Positions 9,756 through 18,450 of a stretch of DNA of 64,000 nucleotides are shown piece after piece. The notes beneath the pieces were generated by a model, which ran no database searches, was not told the DNA's origin, and worked only from the letters and a program-made list of their open reading frames with translations. The position numbers and the translations under genes are program-made. The first letter of the stretch is position 1, and the number at the start of each line of letters is the position of its first letter. The stretch is from Dehalococcoidia bacterium (lineage in GTDB: Bacteria; Chloroflexota; Dehalococcoidia; UBA2979), in contig JAWKPL010000001.1 in NCBI GenBank assembly GCA_041390685.1, positions 556,141 through 620,140 of the forward strand, read 5' to 3'.

Positions 9756-10532
9756 TCAGTCGCCGGGCCGCAGCTCCCAGGTGCGGTAGAGGAGGGGCAC
9801 CCGGATCGCGCCCGCGAGGTTCAGCCCGAGCACGATGAGGAGGACGCCGGCGACCTTCTGGATCGTCGCGAGGTTGTCCTGCACGAGGTAGCCGACGACG
9901 CCGACGGAGGCGCCGATGAGCACGAAGACGACGGAGAAGCCGAACACAAAGGCGGCGGCGTGGCGGAGCGTGGCGAGGCGCTGCCGGCGCCCGGCGTCCT
10001 CGGCGGCGGTGACGCCGGCGAGGTGGCCGAGGTAGACGGGGACGAGCGGGAGGCAGCAGGGGGAGATGAAGGCGATGATGCCAGCCAGGAAGGCGGTGGC
10101 GAAGCCGAGCGGACCGCTGAGGCCCAGCCCCTCGATGGAACCTTCGGCCTCGACGACGGTGCGAGCGCCGGGGGCGAAGTACTGGTTGAACACGGTGAAG
10201 CGGTCGATGAAGACGAGGATGCCGACGAGGATCACGAGGACGCCGGCGACGCCCTCGATGGCGGGCAGCAGGGGGCGGACGCGGCGTGTGGCCGCCATCA
10301 GCTCACCGACGCCGAGGCCGGCGAGGAGGAAGGGGAGGCCGAGGCCGGCCGACCAGGCCATGAGCAGCGTGGCGCCATGGAGGACGGTACCCGAGGAGGC
10401 GGCGAGGAGGAGGATCGCGCCGAGGATGGGGCCGATGCACGGCGTCCATGCGACGGCGAAGCCGGCGCCGACGACGAACGAGCGGCCGTAGCGAGCGGGC
10501 GCGGGCAGAGCAGTGGTACGGATCCTCATGTG
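9756..10532 (-). CDS. ccdA: CcdA/DsbD-family transmembrane protein, second paralog, permuted domain order
   Basis: Start taken at the internal Met 'MRIRTTALPAPARYGRSF'. 'WTPCIGPIL' comes first, then 'FISPCCLPLVPVYLGHLAG' and TM2/TM3-like segments. Same permutation as the copy at 7664..8461. Confidence 0.8.
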   Translation of the reverse strand, partial: HMRIRTTALPAPARYGRSFVVGAGFAVAWTPCIGPILGAILLLAASSGTVLHGATLLMAWSAGLGLPFLLAGLGVGELMAATRRVRPLLPAIEGVAGVLVILVGILVFIDRFTVFNQYFAPGARTVVEAEGSIEGLGLSGPLGFATAFLAGIIAFISPCCLPLVPVYLGHLAGVTAAEDAGRRQRLATLRHAAAFVFGFSVVFVLIGASVGVVGYLVQDNLATIQKVAGVLLIVLGLNLAGAIRVPLLYRTWELRPGD

Positions 10533-10727
10533 CGGGGTGCCGGGGCTTCCATGACTCGCGGCCTCGCCTCCGCCTCGTGAGGGTCGCGCGGGCCGCCTAC
10601 GGCGCTCGGTGATCACGGTCACCAACGGCTGCGCGGACGTCCGCTAGCGTCATACGCTACATAGCAGGCGCGCGCATGACACGCGCGCCATTGAGGGACC
10701 CTGAGCGCCGAGGACGAACGGAGTGAC

Positions 10728-11699
10728 GTGGCCGTCGACGTGCGTCGCCTGCTGATCGTGATCGCCCTGGTCGCCGGGGGCGTGGCGGCGATGTGGGTGT
10801 TCGTCCTCGGGGACCCCGCGGACGAGGAGGCGGGCTTCACGGACGCGCAGATCGTGGAGGCGACGGCGGAGCCCTCGCGGGCGGTGCCGGTCGGGCTGCG
10901 GGACGGCGAGCAGGCGCCCGACTTCGAGATCTCGAGGATGGACGGGACGCGGGTCCGGCTGAGTGACTTTCGCGGACAGCCGGTGGTGATCAGCTTCTTC
11001 GCACTGTGGTGCGGGGGCTGCCTCGCGGAGATGCCCATACTCCAGTCCGCGCAGTCGGAGCGTGGCGTGGACCACTTCACGGTACTGGCGGTGAACGCGG
11101 GAGAGACACGGGAGCGGGCGCAGGAGTTCATCGACATCATCGACGCGCCATTCGTGTGGACGCTGGACTTCGACCTGACCGTGAGCGACGCCTACGGGGT
11201 GCACGGGCTGCCGCACACCGTGTTCATCGACGCGGAGGGTATCGTGCGCACGACGTACGCAGGGGCGACGAACCGCGTGCGCCTCGATACGTACCTTGAC
11301 GCCGTGGTGCGCGGGACCGAGCCGGCGCCGCTTCCCAACGAGCTGCGGTTCGTGACGAGGATCCCGCGGGACCACGTGCTGGACGTGGACGTGCGCGACG
11401 CTTCGACGGTCGTGCTGTCCTCGCGGCGGCTGCGGTGCGATGTCGCCTACTGCGCGGATTCGGTCTCCGAGGCGCTGCTGGGTACGGCGGGCGTGCTTGC
11501 CGTGAGCGCGGCGGCCGGACGAACGGCAGACGAATCCTCGCTGGAGGTCCGGTTCGACTCGGAGACCGTGACGGCGGAGGCACTGGTGGAGGCCGTCGTA
11601 GCGCTCCTCGACGGACTGCCGGACCCGCTGTTCCGGGGCGTCCCGCTGGTGGTGCGGACGGGCAGCGGGGACGCGGACGCGGAGCGGGAGACGGAGTGA
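10728..11699 (+). CDS. TlpA-like thioredoxin (WCGGC) with N-terminal TM anchor and an extra ~130 aa C-terminal domain containing CDVAYC
   Basis: 323 aa. Redoxin domain 'VVISFFALWCGGCLAEMP'. The C-terminal extension has no recognised family. GTG start. Confidence 0.7.
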   Translation: MAVDVRRLLIVIALVAGGVAAMWVFVLGDPADEEAGFTDAQIVEATAEPSRAVPVGLRDGEQAPDFEISRMDGTRVRLSDFRGQPVVISFFALWCGGCLAEMPILQSAQSERGVDHFTVLAVNAGETRERAQEFIDIIDAPFVWTLDFDLTVSDAYGVHGLPHTVFIDAEGIVRTTYAGATNRVRLDTYLDAVVRGTEPAPLPNELRFVTRIPRDHVLDVDVRDASTVVLSSRRLRCDVAYCADSVSEALLGTAGVLAVSAAAGRTADESSLEVRFDSETVTAEALVEAVVALLDGLPDPLFRGVPLVVRTGSGDADAERETE

Positions 11700-12298
11700 C
11701 GGCGGCCGAGCGGCGCGGCGGGGAGATCGACGAGCACCCAGGGACCGACCAGCTGCGCCGACGGCTGTCGCGCGCGCTGGCCGGAGGCGCCGGGGCGCTG
11801 CTCCTCGTGCTGGCCGTGCTGGGGCTGGGGGGCGTGTCCAGCGGGGGTACGCCTACGGCGGCACCTCCGTTCGAGCTCGAGTTGCTGGAGGGGGGCCGCG
11901 TGACGAACGCGGACCTCGCGGGTCGGGTGGCGGTGATCAACGTGTGGGCATCGTGGTGCCCGCCGTGCCGGGAGGAAGCGCCGGCGTTGCGGCGGACGGC
12001 GGAGCGCTTTGCCTCGGAGCCGGTGGTGTTCCTCGGGGTGGTCCGCGACGATAGCGCGGAGGAAGCGCTGGCGTTCGCGCGGGAGTGGGGGCTGTCGTAC
12101 GCGCACGCGATGGGGGATGAGGCCTTTCTGTCCGACTTCGGGGCGCGGGGCATCCCCATGACCTACGTCCTCGACGCGAACGGGGGCGTCCTGGTGCGGC
12201 ATTACGGGCCGATCTCCGAATCGAAGCTCACGGCACTGATCGAGGACGCGCTGTCGCGTCCGGCCGGGGTCAACGGTCCCGTTGAGGACGCCTCGTGA
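11696..12298 (+). CDS. TlpA-like thioredoxin (WCPPC), membrane anchored
   Basis: GTG start overlaps the upstream stop (GTGA). TM segment then 'VAVINVWASWCPPCREEAP'. The preceding 87 aa of the track ORF are Gly/Arg-rich read-through. Confidence 0.7.
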   Translation: MTAAERRGGEIDEHPGTDQLRRRLSRALAGGAGALLLVLAVLGLGGVSSGGTPTAAPPFELELLEGGRVTNADLAGRVAVINVWASWCPPCREEAPALRRTAERFASEPVVFLGVVRDDSAEEALAFAREWGLSYAHAMGDEAFLSDFGARGIPMTYVLDANGGVLVRHYGPISESKLTALIEDALSRPAGVNGPVEDAS

Positions 12299-13032
12299 GT
12301 GGGGTTGTGGAGTTCGTGCAGGTGCGGGGGGAGTACGTCTCCTTCTTTCTCGTGCTGGCGATGCTATGGGCCAGCGGCGGGACGATCGCCCGGCTGGTGG
12401 GGCTTCCTCGACGGGCGGTGGGGGACCTGACGTTCAACGGCGCGGTGGCCTTCGTGGCCGTGGGGCGGCTCGGCTACCTCGCGACCGAGGCGCCGCGATC
12501 ACTCCTCGACCCGCTGGTGGTGATCCGGTTCCAGGCGGGCATTGAGCCGCTCGTGGGAGCGGCGGCGGTCGCAGCCGTGGCCGCCTGGCAGACACGAGGC
12601 CAGGATGCCGTCGCGCGGTGGGGGGTCGCGGGGGCGGCCTCGATCGGGCTGGCGGTGGCGACGGTGGGGTACGACGTCACGTGCGTGGTGCGTGACGCCT
12701 GCTACGGGGCGGCGGCTCCCGCGCCATTCGGGTTCGAGATGTCGGGGCTCAGTGAGCCGCGGATCGCGACGCCGCTGGTGGAGGCAACGTTGCTGATGGC
12801 GGCGGGGGCGGTGCTGCTGCGGATCGGAGGGCGGCTCACGGTGGCGACGGCAGCGCTGCTGCTGGGGACGCTGGCGCTCACGCGGGCAGCGCTGACTCCG
12901 GCGTCGGCACTGGGGGTGGAGGCGGTGGGCCTCGAAACGGTGGTGCTCGTCGTGGTGGGGATCCTGGCGGTGGGGTGGGCGATCGTCCTCGGCGGGCGCG
13001 GTACAGCGGCGGTGGATGGGTCGGCAGGGTAG
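12295..13032 (+). CDS. Hypothetical polytopic membrane protein, translationally coupled to the two thioredoxins
   Basis: 245 aa, about 6 TM segments, CxxxxxC ('TCVVRDAC') in a loop. GTG start overlaps the upstream stop (GTGA). Could be a MauE/DoxX-like partner, but I do not recognise the family. Confidence 0.5.
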   Translation: MSGVVEFVQVRGEYVSFFLVLAMLWASGGTIARLVGLPRRAVGDLTFNGAVAFVAVGRLGYLATEAPRSLLDPLVVIRFQAGIEPLVGAAAVAAVAAWQTRGQDAVARWGVAGAASIGLAVATVGYDVTCVVRDACYGAAAPAPFGFEMSGLSEPRIATPLVEATLLMAAGAVLLRIGGRLTVATAALLLGTLALTRAALTPASALGVEAVGLETVVLVVVGILAVGWAIVLGGRGTAAVDGSAG

Positions 13033-13095
13033 CGGGACGGATGCGGGAGCCTGCTCGCGTGTAGGATAGGCGCGCTGTCCTGATGTGAGGTTCCG

Positions 13096-13770
13096 GTGCG
13101 TCTACGGAAGCCGCCACGTTCTGTCCCGAGGGTTGCAGGCGGGACGGCGTCCGCACCGAGCGCGCGTGGCCTGCTGCGGCGCTCGATCGAGCACCGCGTC
13201 CTGGCGGGAGCGCTGTCTACCGTGTTGGCGGCGGCCGTCATCGGGTCATGGGGCCTCGTTGGCGGATGGCTATCGAGGCCGGGGAACGCGGACGAGCTTT
13301 CGCCCACGGCGACGGCGACGCGGATGGCGACGGTCGACTATTCGGCTCTCGTCCGTCGTGCGAGCCTCGATCAGTGCGTCGCGATGACCAGCGCTATCGA
13401 TGGATTGCAGGCAGTGCTCGATGGAGACCCCGACATCGAACGTTCGCTGGAGAACGTGGAGGACGTGATCGGAGCGTTCAGAAGCACGATCGCGGCGCTT
13501 TCCGCGGTCGATCCCCCACCGGACTTCGCGCAGGATCACATCGAGTACGTCCGGTTGATCGACCAAGTGGCGGTGCACCTGTCGAACCTCCTGGCGGGCG
13601 CTCGCAAGGCCACCGCGGGAACACTACAGGCAGAGGCCTTGAACGAGATGATCAAGGCCACGGTGGTGCTCGCGGGGACGATGGAGCAACACGGCAGGCT
13701 CGTATCCGAGGAGTTCTCGCAGATGGCCAATCCGGTATCGGCGGAGGAGTGCCGAGCGCTCACCCAGTAG
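13096..13770 (+). CDS. Hypothetical secreted or membrane-anchored protein
   Basis: 224 aa, N-terminal hydrophobic segment, coding-like codon usage. No family match; the start is uncertain. Confidence 0.4.
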   Translation: MRLRKPPRSVPRVAGGTASAPSARGLLRRSIEHRVLAGALSTVLAAAVIGSWGLVGGWLSRPGNADELSPTATATRMATVDYSALVRRASLDQCVAMTSAIDGLQAVLDGDPDIERSLENVEDVIGAFRSTIAALSAVDPPPDFAQDHIEYVRLIDQVAVHLSNLLAGARKATAGTLQAEALNEMIKATVVLAGTMEQHGRLVSEEFSQMANPVSAEECRALTQ

Positions 13771-13827
13771 GCGCCGAAGGCAGCGGCGGCCCCGGGAGGG
13801 CACGCGCGGGGTCTGCTACAACAGGGG

Positions 13828-15147
13828 TCAGGCCTCGGCGGGGGTCCCCGTCCGCGCCGGGGTGGGCCCGGCGGTGTCCGTGTCGAAGGCGGGGCGGCCG
13901 GGGCCGGGTTTTTGCGCGAGCAGCATGAGCAAGGAGCCGGCGCCGGCGATGACGGCGAGCAGGGTGAACCCGGTCTCGTAATTGCCCGAGCTGTCGTACA
14001 TCAGGCCCGCGAAGACGGGGCCGATGAACATGCCGAGCATCACGATCAGCGACGAGAAGCCCATGATGGTGCCGTATGAAGCGCGGCCGAAGTACTCGGC
14101 GCGCATCGCGAGGATGACGGGGCCACGGACGCCCCAGGCGAGGCCATGGAGGACGGCGAAGCCGAGCACCATCCAGAGCGAGGTGGCGACGGCGAGCATG
14201 ACGAGTGCGACGCCGTGTCCGACCATGCAGGCGGCGATGAGCCAGCGGGAGGACCAGCGGTCGCCCGCCCAGCCACCGGCGAGCTGGCCGATGATGGTCA
14301 TGGCGGTGAGGAAGGCGATGAGTGTGGCGGCCTCGCCGCTAGAGTAGCCGAGGCTCTCTTTGACGTGTGCAACGAAGTGCACCATGACCGCGGAGACGAC
14401 GAGCAGGGCGGCGGCGTGGGCGAGGGAGATGACCCAGAAGGCGCGCACGCGCAGGGCCTCGCGGAGAGTGAAGTTGACCTCGGGCTGGTGGGTGCCGTCG
14501 GCCTCGGCGGCGGCCTGTCGAGCGGCGAGCTGCTCATGGGTGTCACCATCGGGGAGGAGGCCATAGGGCTCGGGGCGGTGCCGGACGAGCTGCGCCATGG
14601 GGAGGCCGACGACGAGGATGATGACGGAGGAGAGGAGCGCCATGCCTCGCCAGCCGTATTCCTCGAGGATGAGCGCCACGAGCGGCTGGAGGAGGCCGCC
14701 GACGGCCGTGCCGATCAGCCCGATGCCCACGGCGAGGGTCCGGCGGCGGATGAACCAGTTCACGATCGAGGTGGTGACGGTGAGGAAGCCTCCAAGCGCG
14801 GCGCCGACGGCCATGATGACGAAGGTGATGTAGAACATCGGCAGGGAGTTGATCTGACTGAACGCGACGAAGCCGCCGGCAAAGATGAGGATGCCGACGC
14901 GCATGACGGCCCGCGGTCCGAAGCGATCCAAGAGCCAGCCCTGCAAGGGACCGAGGAGGCCATCCTCGACACGGGCGAGAGAGAAGGCGATGGCGAGACG
15001 TGTCTTGCTCCACCCGAAGTCGCGTTCGAGTTCGACGACGTAGAGCCCGAAGGAGTGGAACAGCAGCATGCCGACCAGCATCTGTGACGAGAAGCCGGCC
15101 GCGACGATGAGCCATCCGTAGAAGAAGCGGTGTCCAAGGAGGGTGAT
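13828..15147 (-). CDS. MFS transporter (oxalate/formate antiporter-like), start codon uncertain
   Basis: The C-terminal 417-439 aa of read-through ORF 13828..16554 form a 12-TM MFS with an 'RFFYGWLIVAAG' start region. No in-frame ATG/GTG/TTG lies upstream of TM1. An ATC codon at 15145..15147 sits 6 nt after GGAGG. The first ATG is at 15081. Confidence 0.65.
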   Translation of the reverse strand: MTLLGHRFFYGWLIVAAGFSSQMLVGMLLFHSFGLYVVELERDFGWSKTRLAIAFSLARVEDGLLGPLQGWLLDRFGPRAVMRVGILIFAGGFVAFSQINSLPMFYITFVIMAVGAALGGFLTVTTSIVNWFIRRRTLAVGIGLIGTAVGGLLQPLVALILEEYGWRGMALLSSVIILVVGLPMAQLVRHRPEPYGLLPDGDTHEQLAARQAAAEADGTHQPEVNFTLREALRVRAFWVISLAHAAALLVVSAVMVHFVAHVKESLGYSSGEAATLIAFLTAMTIIGQLAGGWAGDRWSSRWLIAACMVGHGVALVMLAVATSLWMVLGFAVLHGLAWGVRGPVILAMRAEYFGRASYGTIMGFSSLIVMLGMFIGPVFAGLMYDSSGNYETGFTLLAVIAGAGSLLMLLAQKPGPGRPAFDTDTAGPTPARTGTPAEA

Positions 15148-15295
15148 GGCGGGCCTCCGGCTGAGGGCACGGTGAGGGTGGGGTGGTCGAACGGGCGGAT
15201 TGTACCTCGGAGTGCTGGTGGCGGCGTCGGGGGCGTCGCAGCGCCGCCTGCCAGGGGCCGTGCGAGGGAGGGGGAGCGGGACTATATTGCCGGCT

Positions 15296-18200
15296 ATGAC
15301 GTCGAGGTTCAGCCGCCCGGTCGTCTGTCCCGATCTGGTGGGGCGGGAGGCAGCGCTGGAGTGGCTGCGGCTGACGTACGCGGGGGCGGCGCGGCGGGGG
15401 TGCGTGGCGCTGGTCTCGGGGGAGGCGGGGATCGGGAAGACGCGGCTTGTCGCGGCGTTCCTCGATGAAGCGGTGGAGGCGGGCCGGTTCACGGCCCGAG
15501 CACGGTTCTTCTCCGATGATGCGGCGCTCCCGTTTTCAGGGATCGCGCGGCTGATCCTCGAGCTGGGGCACACAGAGCCGGAGAGGGGAGGGGTCGTCGG
15601 GCCGGTGGCCGACGAGCTGGCCCGAAACGCGCCGGAGCTGGCGCGTTTGCTCGGCGTGGGCCGCGGGGCGAGCACGGCGCCGGGGGTGGAGGATGCGGAC
15701 CCGGCGCGCCGCCGACGCAACATCGAGCTCGTCGCGCTGCTGCTGGTGGCGAACCTGCCCGCGGGCGGGGCGGTGCTCGCGATCGACGACGTGCACTGGG
15801 CGGACTCGACGAGCCTCGAGACGCTGCTGCACTTCGCGCGAGCGATGCCCGGCGGGTGCCTGCTGGTGCTGACGTACCGCAACGACGAGCAGTCTGGGGC
15901 GTTGCGAGCGCTGCTCGCGGACCTCGACCGGGAGCGGGTCGCCACGGAGATCGAGCTTGGTCCGCTCAGCGCCGGGGAGGTGGAGCGGATGGTGCGCGCG
16001 ACGGTGCAGCTGGATGCGGGCGGGCAACCGTCGCTGATGCGCCTCGTGCACACGCTCAGCGAGGGGAATCCGTTCCTGGTCGAGGAGATCCTGCGGACGG
16101 TGGTCGACGTCGCGGGGGCCGTGCAGCGTGTGCCGTCAGTCGACCTTGCTGCGCTGGACGTGCCGAGGAGCGTCGATGAACTCGTGCGCCGGCGAATGGA
16201 GTCTCTCGCGGATGATGACATCGAGATCGTGCGGCTCGCGGCGATCGCGGGGCAGCGTGTGGACCTGGCGCTGATGGCGGAGCTGACGGGGCACGATGAG
16301 GCGCGTCTGCTCGGAGCGATGCGACGTTGCATCGAAGCGCAGCTCGTGACTGAGGAGGCGTCGGGCGCGTTCGTCTTCCGGCACGCGCTGACGCGCGAGG
16401 CGATCCGATCGCGAGTGCTGCGGCGGGAGCGGCGGGCGATCAGCGCGCGGATCGCCCGCGCGCTGGAGCTCCGGATGTCGGGTGGCGGCGACGACGGTGT
16501 CGAGGAACTAGCGCAGCACTGGTACGAGGCGGAGGAGTGGGAGCAGGCGCACACACACGGTGTACGGGCGGGGCTGCGTGCTCTGGGGCTCGCGGCGCCG
16601 GAGGAAGCGCTCGCGCACTTCGAACGTGCGCTCGCGGCGGGCGAGCAGGCGGCGGTAGGCGACCTCTCGGCCGTGCGTCGTCTGCGAGGAACGGCGTTCG
16701 AGGGCCTGGGGGACTTCGAGGCCGCGCGGCGCGACTACGAGGCGGCAGTGGGCGATGGCGAGCGCGCGGGGAACACGCGCGAAACGTGGCGAGCGCTGCT
16801 GGACCTGGGTCTGCTCTGGGCGGCGCGGGACTACGGGCGGTCGGAGCCGTACTTCCGACGCGCGCTCGCGATCGCGCGTGAGACAGGGGACGCCGAGGCG
16901 ATCGGCCACAGCCTGAACCGGTTGGCGAACTGGTTCTCGAACACCGGGGACGCCGGGAGCGCAGTACGGCTGCACGAGGAGGCGCTCGGAATCTTCCGCC
17001 GCAGGGGAGACCGGGCCGGCGAGGCGCAGACCCTCGACCTGCTCGGCATGGCGTGCACGCAGCAGATGGACTTCGTGGGTGCAGCAAGGCACTACCGGGA
17101 GGCGATCCCGCTGCTGGAGGAGGCGCGAGACCGCGAGACGCTGAGCTCGGCGCTCGCATCGATCCAGATCGGGAGCGGGACGCGCCAGAGCGACATGACG
17201 ACCCCGGCGCTGACGCTCAGGGAGGGGAGCGACTACGGGCGTTACGCGCTGCGCATCGCGCGGGAAGCAGGGCGGCGGCCGTCGGAGGCCTACGCCCTGT
17301 GGCAACTGGCGTTCTCGCTCGGGCCGCAGGGGTTGTACGACGAGGCGCTGGCAGGGGCGGAAGGGGCGCTTCGGATCGCGCAGGAGATCGGCCACACGCA
17401 GTGGGAGATCGCGGCACGTTGCGTCCGCGGAGCGCTGATGACGGACCTCCTCGCGTTCGAGCGCGCTCGGAGATCACTCGAACGGGCAGCGGAGCAGGCG
17501 GCGGCGATGTCCTCGGGACTGTGGCTGGCGCAGGCGCAGGCGTTGCTCATCGACGCGCTGGTGGCGAGCGGGGAGCGCGAGGCCGCGGTCCGCCTGTTCG
17601 AGGCGACCAAGACGGCGGAGCCGGGTGCATTCGGCACGCGTCAGTGTTTCGCGTCCGGTGTGGAGGCGTTGCTGGCGGTCGGAGCGGTCGGACGCGCCTC
17701 GGCCATGCTCGACGCGCTGGAGGCGGCGACGAGCCCAGCGGGGGCCCTGGTGGCATTGCGTCTGGCGTATCTGCGTGGCCGGATCCTGGCCGCATCGGGT
17801 GACGAGACGGCTGCCGTGGGGGAGCTCGAGGCCGCGGCGGCAGCGGCGCGCGTGCAGGGTGACCGTTCGTACGAGTGGCGCCTCGAGTGCGAGCTGGCGG
17901 GGACGCGTGCGGCGGCGGGTGACCCGGAGGGGGCGCGCGCCGCGGGCCGACGGGCGGCAGCCGCGATCGACGAGGTCGCGGCGAAGGTCGGAGACCCGGA
18001 GTTGCAGGCGGGGTTCCTGCGAGGCGCGTACGCGCGTCTTCCAGCTTCGGTGCGACCGAACCGGGCACGTGACGGGTCGGGGCCGCTCACCTCGCGGGAG
18101 AGTGAGATTGCGGAACTGATCGCGGCGGGGCTGACCAACCGCGCCATCGCGGAGCGCCTGGTCCTGAGCCCCCGGACGGTGGAGTCGCACATCGCACACG

Positions 18201-18316
18201 CGATGGGGAAGCTCGGGTTCAGCGCGCGGGCGCAGCTGGCAGGGTGGGTCGTCGAGCGGCGCGGGGCCCAGGCGTCGCGGCGGAGCGGAACGGGCGACGG
18301 CGGGGAAGATCAGTAG
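15296..18316 (+). CDS. LuxR-family transcriptional regulator with N-terminal AAA/STAND ATPase and TPR region (MalT-like, ~1006 aa)
   Basis: Walker A 'GEAGIGKTRL', long helical-repeat middle, C-terminal LuxR HTH 'LTSRESEIAELIAAGLTNRAIAERLVLSPRTVESHI'. ATG at 15296 preceded by a G-rich RBS. Confidence 0.8.
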   Translation: MTSRFSRPVVCPDLVGREAALEWLRLTYAGAARRGCVALVSGEAGIGKTRLVAAFLDEAVEAGRFTARARFFSDDAALPFSGIARLILELGHTEPERGGVVGPVADELARNAPELARLLGVGRGASTAPGVEDADPARRRRNIELVALLLVANLPAGGAVLAIDDVHWADSTSLETLLHFARAMPGGCLLVLTYRNDEQSGALRALLADLDRERVATEIELGPLSAGEVERMVRATVQLDAGGQPSLMRLVHTLSEGNPFLVEEILRTVVDVAGAVQRVPSVDLAALDVPRSVDELVRRRMESLADDDIEIVRLAAIAGQRVDLALMAELTGHDEARLLGAMRRCIEAQLVTEEASGAFVFRHALTREAIRSRVLRRERRAISARIARALELRMSGGGDDGVEELAQHWYEAEEWEQAHTHGVRAGLRALGLAAPEEALAHFERALAAGEQAAVGDLSAVRRLRGTAFEGLGDFEAARRDYEAAVGDGERAGNTRETWRALLDLGLLWAARDYGRSEPYFRRALAIARETGDAEAIGHSLNRLANWFSNTGDAGSAVRLHEEALGIFRRRGDRAGEAQTLDLLGMACTQQMDFVGAARHYREAIPLLEEARDRETLSSALASIQIGSGTRQSDMTTPALTLREGSDYGRYALRIAREAGRRPSEAYALWQLAFSLGPQGLYDEALAGAEGALRIAQEIGHTQWEIAARCVRGALMTDLLAFERARRSLERAAEQAAAMSSGLWLAQAQALLIDALVASGEREAAVRLFEATKTAEPGAFGTRQCFASGVEALLAVGAVGRASAMLDALEAATSPAGALVALRLAYLRGRILAASGDETAAVGELEAAAAAARVQGDRSYEWRLECELAGTRAAAGDPEGARAAGRRAAAAIDEVAAKVGDPELQAGFLRGAYARLPASVRPNRARDGSGPLTSRESEIAELIAAGLTNRAIAERLVLSPRTVESHIAHAMGKLGFSARAQLAGWVVERRGAQASRRSGTGDGGEDQ

Positions 18317-18450
18317 CAGCCGCGCCCGATCTCAGTAATCCGACGGATAGGAAGCTCCTTCACGGGCGGCGAGAGTGGACAGCGGCAGGGACGCGGATCG
18401 AGACGCAGTCCCACTGCCAGCACTCGGGCACTCGCGAAGGAGCGACAACA

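Noticed and set aside
15130-15468. Plus-strand ORF starting with GTG just after an AAGGAGG at 15136-15142
   Set aside because: The spacing from GGAGG to the start is only ~3 nt, the translation is Gly-rich junk, and the AAGGAGG is simply the complement of Leu-Leu-Gly codons in the MFS gene.
13828-16554. 908-aa ORF on the minus strand running through the LuxR regulator gene
   Set aside because: Only the C-terminal ~420 aa is a coherent MFS transporter. The N-terminal 480 aa is Ser/Arg/Ala-rich antisense read-through of the plus-strand LuxR/MalT gene.
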